Source: a virus
Lineage: Duplodnaviria; Heunggongvirae; Uroviricota; Caudoviricetes
Virus record (IMG/VR): IMGVR_UViG_3300033273_000374
Span: 64,001 to 128,000 of that record
Strand: one strand, 5' to 3'
Length of the DNA: 64,000 nt
Each line of letters begins with the position of its first letter. Position 1 is the first letter of the stretch. The position numbers were made by a program, and so were the translations under genes. Under the pieces are notes generated by a model. That model had not been told where the DNA came from. It saw only the letters and a list, made by a program, of their open reading frames with translations, and made no database searches. Below are positions 54,548-62,429 of the stretch, piece after piece.

Positions 54548-54772
54548 CTATTGATTGTCAATTTGAGCTTTTTTCTTAAGCCAGCGTTTGCGACCTGCTG
54601 CTTTTGCACGTTTACGTTGTTCACTAGGCTTCACATAGTGCGTTCTATCACGCAATTCCTGCAACACGCCTTCGTCTTGTAAACGGCGTTTGAGCTTTCG
54701 CCACGCACGGTTGATGTCGTTGTTGCGAACTTCAACAGTCAACCCTTGCTTTGCTCTTGGTTCTCTAGCCAT
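54548..54772 (-). CDS. rpsU: Ribosomal protein bS21
   Basis: VEVRNNDINRAWRKLKR...GVLQELRDRTHYVKPSEQRKR. Confidence 0.92.
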   Translation of the reverse strand: MAREPRAKQGLTVEVRNNDINRAWRKLKRRLQDEGVLQELRDRTHYVKPSEQRKRAKAAGRKRWLKKKAQIDNQ

Positions 54773-55129
54773 TTATTCCTCGTTGTCCAGCAACTTTAAA
54801 ACAAAGTCACTAGCATTATATATCGTATTCACGTTTATACTCTTCAAATTGTTAACACTATTATAATAGAAAGTGTTGGGTTTGTCAATAAAAAAACCTG
54901 TAAAAAAGTCATTTTGTTGACAGTCTAATATTATATAGTCTGATTGTGAACCTACGTTACAAGTCCAGGCCACACTGCTTTGGCCAGTTGCCCAGTACAC
55001 AGTCCAAGTTTGTTTGCTTTTTGCAAACAATTCCATCACTAGATCAGCTTCTTTGCTGTCTGCAACAAACAGCACACGTTGTTGGTCAGCAACATACACA
55101 TCTGGCTCTGTGATCAGTATGTTATTCAT
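54773..55129 (-). CDS. Hypothetical protein
   Basis: Start ATG 55129 (MNNILITEP). Confidence 0.65.
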   Translation of the reverse strand: MNNILITEPDVYVADQQRVLFVADSKEADLVMELFAKSKQTWTVYWATGQSSVAWTCNVGSQSDYIILDCQQNDFFTGFFIDKPNTFYYNSVNNLKSINVNTIYNASDFVLKLLDNEE

Positions 55130-55433
55130 TATACAGTTCGGCTCTTTCGTCGTCAGTGAGATCGTCTGGATCAATTTTGCCAGTGGCAACATCACTGCGT
55201 AGTTTTTCTATATAACCATCATTGTCTAGATACACACTGGTTTGCTGTTTGTTTATTTCAAACCATTTGTCGCCATCATACCTAAATATTTTATGCGGCA
55301 ATACATCTACTCTTGTAAACACATCACCTTTGTTTGCGTGGGTAGGAAAGCTGGTTCCAAAGTGTGCATTGGCTGCAATTATATTAGCAGAGTCCTCAAC
55401 AACAGCCGTGTTAGGAGTTAGGACTCGTTGTCT
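55122..55433 (-). CDS. -1-frame C-terminal extension (103 aa) of the 55418-57382 protein
   Basis: Open -1 frame from the A7 run: RQRVLTP...AHFGTSFPTHANKGDVFTRVDVLPHKIFRYDGDKWFE; no ATG/GTG/TTG before 55322. Confidence 0.7.
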   Translation of the reverse strand, partial: RQRVLTPNTAVVEDSANIIAANAHFGTSFPTHANKGDVFTRVDVLPHKIFRYDGDKWFEINKQQTSVYLDNDGYIEKLRSDVATGKIDPDDLTDDERAELYNE

Positions 55434-55439
55434 TTTTTT
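55390..55439 (-). promoter_or_regulatory. -1 ribosomal frameshift signal
   Basis: A AAA AAA (55433-55439), 6-nt spacer, hairpin GAGTCCT-AAC..AACA-CGGC-TGTT-GTT-G-AGGACTC. Confidence 0.7.
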
Positions 55440-57382
55440 GGTTCTGTCTGCTGCACGGCAGCGTCTGCAACTAAATCAGCACCAAAACTGTCTTTTTCTA
55501 CCAGCTGATACTTTTCTGCCATTTTCATAACAACAGCATCGCGACGTTCAATTTCTTTTTCTAACTCGCTAATCTTGTTTAGTAATTCTTCAATGCGTGT
55601 GTGTTGGGCACCTACACCTGCTTCAATTTCATCTATTTTACACTTGTATTGATCACGCTCTGCTTCTGTAGCAACAACTTTATCTATAAGTGTGTCTGAC
55701 TCTTCTTTCATGCTTGCAACAGCAGCCGCTAGTTCATCACGCTCCACAAGTAGTCTATCACGTTCACTGACTATTTCACCGTGCTTGGCAGGATCAACGT
55801 TGGCAAGATTGCCATCCAATAGTTTTTCAATCTCTGCTAGTACCTCATTATGTTTTTGTAGTTCCATTTCTAGTTCCTCTAATCTTGGATCGTTTACCCT
55901 GATAATTTTTTGTTTAGGTTTGTTAAGTCCACGTTCTTGTCTATACCAACTTATGGTCATTGTGCCTGCAAGCACCAGACACACTGCTAATGGATCAAAC
56001 ACTGCAACAATAATCATTATAACCCAACGCACTGCAGTTTCTAATGCATTGCGATCAGCATCTTTGTAAATCAGTTCTGCAATATATTTAACAGGTCCTA
56101 CTTCTGCTTCCAGTGTGCGTTGTGTTGCTTGAAGTTTATATTTTTCATCTACCAACTTGTCTATTTCATTGTTGGCAGTGCGTATGCGCTGTTGCTGTTC
56201 ATCAATGATTGCTTGTGCATCTGCATCCTCACCTACTGTAATTTTACTACGCAATTGTGCAATAAGAGTTTGACTGTTTTGTACCTGCTGATTAGCACTT
56301 TCATTTAGTCTTTTGATTTCTGCTCTTGCATTAATTATGGTTGGCGATTCAGTTGCATTTACTTTTTCAATTTGTGCTAGTATTTCTTTTTTGCGTGTTT
56401 CTATACCAGCAACATCGTCACTGCGTATTTTGTTAATAAGCCCTCTGATGCGATCACGTTCTGTGTTCTGTTGCCCTTCCCATTCAGTGGTGATGCTGGT
56501 CATTTGACTGGCTAATTCACGTAATTTTCTATCATTGCCTTCACGCCATTCGGTGGTCTTCTTTGCAGTGTCAGATCCAAAGATGCCATCGCTCTTGATG
56601 CCTAGTTGTTTTTGGAATTCGCTGATTGCTTGTCTGTTGCCTGCACTTACCAATTGATCTAGTTTTGCAATTTCTGCATTTATCTGATCAACTTGGTTCT
56701 GATATGGTTTTAGTTTAGCAACCAAAGCACTGCGGTCTTTGCCAACTTCTAAAAGTTTGCCTTCATACTCATTGGCTTGTTTTGTTAGTTCAAGTATTTG
56801 TTCGTCTAGTTGTGCTATTTGATCCAAGTAAGGCTGTGCTTTGTTATTATCGTTGGCAGTTGCTTCTTGAATGATTTTGTTTTGTGCTGCAATTAAAGGT
56901 TGGATACGACTGTATGCACTGTCAATTCTGCCTTGTTCTTTGTCTATCTGTGCTTGGATGGTATCGTTGGCATTGCCCTGTGAACTTTCAGCACTTTCAA
57001 TTTTTAGTTCAGCACGTGCAATGTTTGCTTTGTTACGGGCAATTTCACTGTCTATGCGTTCAATCTGACTAGCACCTTCTACGCTGAGTGCAGTTTGTTC
57101 AATGTGTGCTTTTGACAAAAATCCAAACACGCCCATGCTGGTAATAAACATCAACACAATCACAGCCATGGTTAGATAAAATTTGATTATACCAGGTGCT
57201 CGATGCCAGTTTTGGTGTAGCCAAATTGTAGTAAAAATTTTACCTACTTCAAGCACACTGCCCATGAGCACAATAGGCAAAAATGCTGCAGCAAAAATTG
57301 CTACCAGTCCTAGTATACTATAGTAAGCAGCGATAGCACTAATACACAGTGCAACAAGAAGAGTTATAATTCCCAAAAACAT
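55418..57382 (-). CDS. Multi-TM coiled-coil protein with peptidoglycan-binding domain
   Basis: 3 N-terminal TMs, long coiled coils, AISEFQKQLGIKSDGIFGSDT (PG_binding_1-like), late TM VAVFDPLAV. Confidence 0.8.
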   Translation of the reverse strand: MFLGIITLLVALCISAIAAYYSILGLVAIFAAAFLPIVLMGSVLEVGKIFTTIWLHQNWHRAPGIIKFYLTMAVIVLMFITSMGVFGFLSKAHIEQTALSVEGASQIERIDSEIARNKANIARAELKIESAESSQGNANDTIQAQIDKEQGRIDSAYSRIQPLIAAQNKIIQEATANDNNKAQPYLDQIAQLDEQILELTKQANEYEGKLLEVGKDRSALVAKLKPYQNQVDQINAEIAKLDQLVSAGNRQAISEFQKQLGIKSDGIFGSDTAKKTTEWREGNDRKLRELASQMTSITTEWEGQQNTERDRIRGLINKIRSDDVAGIETRKKEILAQIEKVNATESPTIINARAEIKRLNESANQQVQNSQTLIAQLRSKITVGEDADAQAIIDEQQQRIRTANNEIDKLVDEKYKLQATQRTLEAEVGPVKYIAELIYKDADRNALETAVRWVIMIIVAVFDPLAVCLVLAGTMTISWYRQERGLNKPKQKIIRVNDPRLEELEMELQKHNEVLAEIEKLLDGNLANVDPAKHGEIVSERDRLLVERDELAAAVASMKEESDTLIDKVVATEAERDQYKCKIDEIEAGVGAQHTRIEELLNKISELEKEIERRDAVVMKMAEKYQLVEKDSFGADLVADAAVQQTEPKKDNES

Positions 57383-57453
57383 CTGTGTATTATACTACCT
57401 TTTAGACAGGATTGTCAACTAATACTAGATCAAAGAAATACTTTTCACTCATG

Positions 57454-57909
57454 TTATGTCCAAGGACGACCTTGTGTGAGGTTGCCGCTATCGCCTGTGT
57501 TGTCTGTAACAGTGTCACCAACATAGCGTGTTGGCAACAGTGTTCTGTCATGTGTGTTTCCAGTGCGATAGTAAGGCTTTGTTGTATCACCACCGGCAGT
57601 TCGTTTTAATGCTGCAATGTCCAGCATCATAAGTTGACTGCGCTCACGTGTGGTTTGGCTTCTATCTGATGCTACAGTGATAACATCACCTGCTACTATG
57701 CCAGCACTTACTAGTGTAGTACTTGCACTGTCTGTACTATCCGTCACTGAGCCATTTTTATGAATACTAACACGACCGTAGTAGTAACTTTGTAAACCTT
57801 CATCTGCAATAATAGCAGTGCGAAGTTGTGCCATTGTTTGTCCATTGTCAATGGTCAAGTCATTTAACAGGCCTGTTAGACCTTTGTACTTAATCGTGAT
57901 GTTTGCCAC
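57454..57909 (-). CDS. Protein with N-terminal ubiquitin-like domain
   Basis: GTG start; residues 6-39 align gaplessly to ubiquitin 3-36 (10/34 identical by hand). Confidence 0.65.
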   Translation of the reverse strand: MANITIKYKGLTGLLNDLTIDNGQTMAQLRTAIIADEGLQSYYYGRVSIHKNGSVTDSTDSASTTLVSAGIVAGDVITVASDRSQTTRERSQLMMLDIAALKRTAGGDTTKPYYRTGNTHDRTLLPTRYVGDTVTDNTGDSGNLTQGRPWT

Positions 57910-58213
57910 GTTCCCACTCCAATTGTGTTAGTGTGCTGTATAAGCTGTGACTTTGGTCTGTGCGGAGATCCGCTGGATGTTTTGGCCCATTCACACCCCC
58001 ACCTGCATGATCAGTCACAGCATCTATATCAGCATACTTTTCTTCTGGGGTGTTACTGTATTGTTTACCTGCACCACAGCCACAGCCACAATCATCACTG
58101 TGTAGATCTTCTATCTGCTTGAAGTGATTTTCATCAGCAGAATAGCTTTCGCCCTCTGATTGTATCTGGGCTAAAAACTGTTTTAGGTTTTGTAAAAGTT
58201 CTAATCCGTGCAT
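57890..58213 (-). CDS. Hypothetical late protein
   Basis: Start ATG 58213; TATAAATA at 58218-58225. Confidence 0.65.
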   Translation of the reverse strand: MHGLELLQNLKQFLAQIQSEGESYSADENHFKQIEDLHSDDCGCGCGAGKQYSNTPEEKYADIDAVTDHAGGGVNGPKHPADLRTDQSHSLYSTLTQLEWERGKHHD

Positions 58214-58226
58214 AACATATTTATAT

Positions 58227-58265
58227 AAAAAAAATGCAAGGGCGTCCGTCAACAAACCCTTGCAT
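58227..58265 (-). terminator. Intrinsic terminator
   Basis: ATGCAAGGG...CCCTTGCAT followed by a T-run. Confidence 0.8.
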
Positions 58266-58297
58266 GAGTTGTTTTTATTATTATAATTTTTTAATTA

Positions 58298-58537
58298 TTA
58301 TTTTGCTTTATTTTTGAAAATGTGATATAAAATCCAAATAGCAACAAGGCCGATCAAACCCTGCTCACTGAAACCAGCGAGTATACCTTGTACATTGCCA
58401 ATCACTGAAATGTTTGGCCAGAACGGAATGCCCTGTCCATTGAAAAGCACCTCAGCGACAACACCTAAAGCAATAAGTGTAACACCAAGATCTGTAAGGC
58501 CTGCGGCCCAAGTTTTTATTGATTTTATAATATCCAT
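58298..58537 (-). CDS. Small two-TM protein
   Basis: 79 aa hydrophobic; RBS AAGGA. Confidence 0.7.
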   Translation of the reverse strand: MDIIKSIKTWAAGLTDLGVTLIALGVVAEVLFNGQGIPFWPNISVIGNVQGILAGFSEQGLIGLVAIWILYHIFKNKAK

Positions 58538-58675
58538 TTTTGGGTTCCTTTCTTGTTAAGAAAGCCGGCTATACAGTCCAAAATGTTGGACCGTGTGTTA
58601 TTTACAGCATGTAAATTATGCCATTAAAACACCACATTTGGTGCTAGATACCTTGTGAAGGGGTATTTTTTTTAA

Positions 58676-59374
58676 TTATATGCTACTATTATAATAATCT
58701 GCAGTGTATTTTAGCAGTTGACGCATCTCTTTTGAGTTTGGTTCAAACACTTCACGATAGCGTTGGTAGCTTGGTAAATCTTGTATGTGTGCTTCTGGAT
58801 TGCGCAAAACTTGCTCAGGATTGTCAAGGTCTTTGATTTCACTTGCAAGGTCACTGGCGTAAGCCATTAGTTCATGTGGATCAGCAAGGTAATCTCTCAG
58901 CCAGTCTTTTGGGTCACCAGTCTTGGCCATTTTCTCTTGACCTTTTTGATGTCCACTTTTAATAGTGTCTATCTTGTCAAGTCCAATCTTTTTGTATTGG
59001 TTCCAGTGTATGGTTTCGTGTGCCAGCATACGCATCACAATTTGTTTGAATGTTTTAGGACCATAACGTCCTTCTAAATTTTTAGAAAACAAATAAACTT
59101 CCATGAACGGACCTTTTTTGTCAATGCCAGCCATGGCACTGATCCATTCATTTGGGTCTTTTCTTTCTTGGTCACTGGCAATAAACTCTATAGGCAGGTC
59201 ATTGTCATTGTTGCTATTGAGTATTTCTTCAAGCTCAAAGATGTCATCTTCGTCATTGTTGTCTTCTAGATACTCAGCATATTCTTCGATGCTGGCATCA
59301 AGAATGTCCTCTACCTGATTCATAAATTCTACATCAGGTGATACTCTTGCTTCTGTGAGTTCTCTTAATAGCAT
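58676..59374 (-). CDS. Putative Zn-metalloprotease (HExxH)
   Basis: LAHETIHWNQ plus distal HELMAYA; N-terminus MLLRELTE; TAAATA at 59379-59384. Confidence 0.65.
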   Translation of the reverse strand: MLLRELTEARVSPDVEFMNQVEDILDASIEEYAEYLEDNNDEDDIFELEEILNSNNDNDLPIEFIASDQERKDPNEWISAMAGIDKKGPFMEVYLFSKNLEGRYGPKTFKQIVMRMLAHETIHWNQYKKIGLDKIDTIKSGHQKGQEKMAKTGDPKDWLRDYLADPHELMAYASDLASEIKDLDNPEQVLRNPEAHIQDLPSYQRYREVFEPNSKEMRQLLKYTADYYNSSI

Positions 59375-59381
59375 ATGGTAT

Positions 59382-60140
59382 TTATTGCTGCACCGGACTT
59401 GGACCGTTGGTGTCTTTTTGATAAAACCAGCCTGCTAGGCTGTAACGAGGATACGGAGCAATGTAACTCACCGGTGAGATAAAATGTTTGTTAACACGTT
59501 TACCTGCTGTTTCACTGACATCCATTATGGCAAGTCTATTGCCAAAAGGCTCAATGCTGTCACGTATTGTGGTTTCATCTTCATTCATAATACACAACTG
59601 TCCGCCCCAATGCGCTTTCCAGTCTGGATTGAAGTAAAAGATATATGCACACCAACGGGCAGGATCATGGTGTGGATTGAGCCAATGGTCATGTGCATAG
59701 TAACTGTAACTGGGCTGTTTGGTTTCCATGTTGGTAAAGCCTGTGATGTCACTGACAATGTCGTGAAAGGTTACATCAGGTTTGCCCAAACTATAATCCT
59801 CACACACAACCCGAGTAAACTCTGTGCTCAATGGGTACTGTAGTGGAAATACACAGTCTTGTTCTGTGTGTATCCATTTGGCTCTGTGCCAATATCCAAA
59901 CTGCTTGCTGGCTTCCTCTTTGTATTCGTCACGTATAGCATCATGGTCCAGTGTGAGCATTTTTGCTTGTGATATTTTTTGATGGGTGTGCCCAGCACAA
60001 CCCCAATAGCCATAGTCAAGTTTACGCACACTGCGATACAGTTCTTTGATGTAACGTTCTTCTAGTATGTCGTCAACATAACAATAGCGATGTTGTTCAA
60101 AATGTTCTTTTGCACGTTGTACGTTTGCTGTATTAAACAT
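59382..60140 (-). CDS. 2OG-Fe(II) oxygenase (prolyl-hydroxylase-like)
   Basis: HHD...YFNPDW...WGGQL...HFISPV...RYSLAGW. Confidence 0.85.
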   Translation of the reverse strand: MFNTANVQRAKEHFEQHRYCYVDDILEERYIKELYRSVRKLDYGYWGCAGHTHQKISQAKMLTLDHDAIRDEYKEEASKQFGYWHRAKWIHTEQDCVFPLQYPLSTEFTRVVCEDYSLGKPDVTFHDIVSDITGFTNMETKQPSYSYYAHDHWLNPHHDPARWCAYIFYFNPDWKAHWGGQLCIMNEDETTIRDSIEPFGNRLAIMDVSETAGKRVNKHFISPVSYIAPYPRYSLAGWFYQKDTNGPSPVQQ

Positions 60141-60685
60141 CAGTCCCAGCGATAAAAGATATGATCATCAACTTTGGTAACAAGTGTGATGCTTTTGTTC
60201 CATACAGGATCTACATAATCTGCATGATAGTGTGTAGCACCTTCTACAACACCAACATACTTATCTAGCACCAATACTTCAACTGCAACATCTTGGGCTA
60301 GTCGCCATGCAATGTTGTTTTCTTTGTTTGGAATCTCATCGCTTTTGCCATCACAGTACCAACTAAACTGACACTTGTTGCGTACCATAACCAACTTGTT
60401 TGGGTCTTTCCAACTTTGTCTAACAGGTCCTTCATAGATTACTTCGCACACAGTATCTGGAAAACGTGAGTCATACATACGGTTTACCACAACTCGTGCA
60501 ACAGCAATCATGCCTAGTTTGCTTTGATTCTTACTTTCGTGGTATATGTTTAGTGCCATACACCCAAGATCATCGTACACTGGCTCTGTTGTTGCTCTTT
60601 GATTGTTAGCATAGCTGATACCCATGCTTACAGCAACAGCAACAACTGCTATACCACAGTGCTTGACTAGTTTGACAAATCGCAT
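60140..60685 (-). CDS. SleB/CwlJ-family cell-wall hydrolase
   Basis: LALNIYHE-like (MALNIYHES), VVVNR, CQFSWYCDG, GATHYH, DHIFY. Confidence 0.9.
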   Translation of the reverse strand: MRFVKLVKHCGIAVVAVAVSMGISYANNQRATTEPVYDDLGCMALNIYHESKNQSKLGMIAVARVVVNRMYDSRFPDTVCEVIYEGPVRQSWKDPNKLVMVRNKCQFSWYCDGKSDEIPNKENNIAWRLAQDVAVEVLVLDKYVGVVEGATHYHADYVDPVWNKSITLVTKVDDHIFYRWD

Positions 60686-60744
60686 TGTTATTCCTGATAA
60701 AGTTTTGAGCAACTTTAGACAGTATACACTGTTCATTGGATCTG

Positions 60745-61206
60745 TCAACCGTTGATTAGTTTATCATACTCTGCTTTATTGACAACACCTTCGCGCAATA
60801 GTTTTTCTCTATTAACCATGTGCTTTGCTTGAATTTCTTCTTTTGATCCGCCAAAGTATGGTACACAATGGCCTTCTTCTATTAATATTTCTGTTACAAG
60901 ACGCCCATCTGCTACACGGAAATTGCCAAGGATACGTCCAAATTTGCCTTTCACATCCTCGCCACTTTTGTCTTCTGTGGTAATGAGTTTACCGCCTTTT
61001 TTGAGCAGTTCTTTGAGTCTGTTTTTGGCTGCTGTGCCAAACAGTTTCTCTACTTTATCACTGGTGCGTGATTCGGGTGTGTCTATGCCCATAATACGCA
61101 CACGTTCGTCTTTTAACCATATGCCAAAGCCTAGGTCAATGTCCACGTCTACAGTATCTCCGTCTACACATTTTAGTAGAACGACATCATATTCGTTTTG
61201 TTGCAT
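60745..61206 (-). CDS. Thermonuclease (SNase-like)
   Basis: VDGDTV, RVRIMGIDTPE, GKFGRILG. Confidence 0.88.
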   Translation of the reverse strand: MQQNEYDVVLLKCVDGDTVDVDIDLGFGIWLKDERVRIMGIDTPESRTSDKVEKLFGTAAKNRLKELLKKGGKLITTEDKSGEDVKGKFGRILGNFRVADGRLVTEILIEEGHCVPYFGGSKEEIQAKHMVNREKLLREGVVNKAEYDKLING

Positions 61207-61243
61207 ATGGTTCTCTCTCCTCCAACTGCAAGTTAAGTTTTAA

Positions 61244-61396
61244 TTATTTTCCTTGTCCTCGATAACGTTTCCAACTGCGACGCTTGTGTTTGTTCATTGA
61301 TTTTAATGTAAATGTACCAAGACGGCGTTTGCGGCCTTGTGATGTTTTTTTGATTACGGCGATGTGTGGAACGAAGCCTTTGACTTTTTGTGCCAT
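61244..61396 (-). CDS. 50-aa highly basic protein (not in ORF track)
   Basis: RBS GAGGAG; MAQKVKGFVPHIAVIKKTSQGRKRRLGTFTLKSMNKHKRRSWKRYRGQGK; TATAAATA at 61417-61424. Confidence 0.7.
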   Translation of the reverse strand: MAQKVKGFVPHIAVIKKTSQGRKRRLGTFTLKSMNKHKRRSWKRYRGQGK

Positions 61397-61429
61397 ATTT
61401 GAAACTCCTCTAATGGTATTTATAAAGAA

Positions 61430-61452
61430 AAAGCACCCATTAAGGGTGCTTT
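61430..61452 (-). terminator. Intrinsic terminator after tmRNA
   Basis: AAAGCACCC-TTAAT-GGGTGCTTT followed by a T-run. Confidence 0.8.
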
Positions 61453-61453
61453 A

Positions 61454-61716
61454 GGTGCCGGATTCTGTTTCGAGGCTCCGGCGGGCCCAGTGGATTATGC
61501 CGCTAAAGGCATATCCTCATCTGCAAAATTATCGTTTGCGTTTGTTTTGTTTGCTTGATTTACGGTCATCGCCTACCGGTAACTCCACGTTCTCTATTGC
61601 ATCAGTCGATCCCTATCACCCCCTCAAAGCACACTCAGCGAATGTGTTTTAAGTGAATGGTGGAGGTGGGGAGAATTGAACTCCCGTCCTGCCTGCCGTC
61701 AATTGGCTTCAACGTT
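61454..61716 (-). ncRNA. ssrA: Circularly permuted (two-piece) tmRNA
   Basis: Acceptor piece ending GGAGTTCAATTCTCCCCACCTCCACCA (CCA end 61658) precedes coding piece starting GGGGGTG (61623); G3:U70; tag ORF 61539-61495 = ANDNFADEDMPLAA*. Outer ends approximate. Confidence 0.93.
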
Positions 61717-61766
61717 ACAAGTATATTTATAGCAGATAATTACATCTTAGTCAAATAAATATTTTG

Positions 61767-62153
61767 ATGTTACAGCGTATAAAGAAATGGTTCACCATAG
61801 ATCATGTGGTTGATCTCACAATTGATATACTGCTAATGGTATGGGATGTTATCACTAGTCCTGTGCTAATTGTGGTGCGCATACTGCGACACTTTATAGG
61901 TGAATACATCACAGATAAAATTAAAGCAGGTATACGTTGGATAGCACATTGGTTTGAACGCAAACGTGCTTACAGACTAGAACATGGACATGGAATATTT
62001 CGCACCTACTGGTGGCTTATAATAGGCAGTCCATTGCTCATTGTTGGTATTATTACCATTGTACTTGTGTTTGCAGGTTTTGCCACAGTTGTAGATTGGT
62101 TCATTGAAGAATTAGAAATTGAGTTTGGCTATGGTGAAGATGATGATTATTAA
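61767..62153 (+). CDS. Membrane protein
   Basis: Two hydrophobic segments; TAAATA upstream. Confidence 0.65.
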   Translation: MLQRIKKWFTIDHVVDLTIDILLMVWDVITSPVLIVVRILRHFIGEYITDKIKAGIRWIAHWFERKRAYRLEHGHGIFRTYWWLIIGSPLLIVGIITIVLVFAGFATVVDWFIEELEIEFGYGEDDDY

Positions 62154-62255
62154 AAATCTACATCTCTACCATTGATGCTGTATGTACTGCCGTTAAAACC
62201 TGCATCCATTTTTTCAATATCAGTCATATTTTCACTGTTTTTGCGAATGTGAGGT

Positions 62256-62429
62256 TTAGTCTTGTTGGTTAGTGCGGACACTTTTCGTTTCAAAGTCCGT
62301 TTGATATTTTCCACAATGTGGACAATACATTTTTTTAGGCTTGTAATTTTCATGACTTTTAATACTCCACCATCCTAAACAACTGTCGCAACTAAAATTC
62401 CAAATGTATTCTATTGCTGCACGTATCAT
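62256..62429 (-). CDS. 57-aa Zn-ribbon protein (not in ORF track)
   Basis: ATGA overlap with upstream gene; CDSC...CPHCG. Confidence 0.6.
   Translation of the reverse strand: MIRAAIEYIWNFSCDSCLGWWSIKSHENYKPKKMYCPHCGKYQTDFETKSVRTNQQD

Noticed and set aside
61455-61652. 65-aa plus-strand ORF
   Set aside because: Antisense to the tmRNA coding piece.
62150-62353. 67-aa ORF as annotated in the track
   Set aside because: Its 5' part overlaps a better-supported Zn-ribbon ORF (62256-62429); at most a ~25-aa remainder from ATG 62227 is possible.
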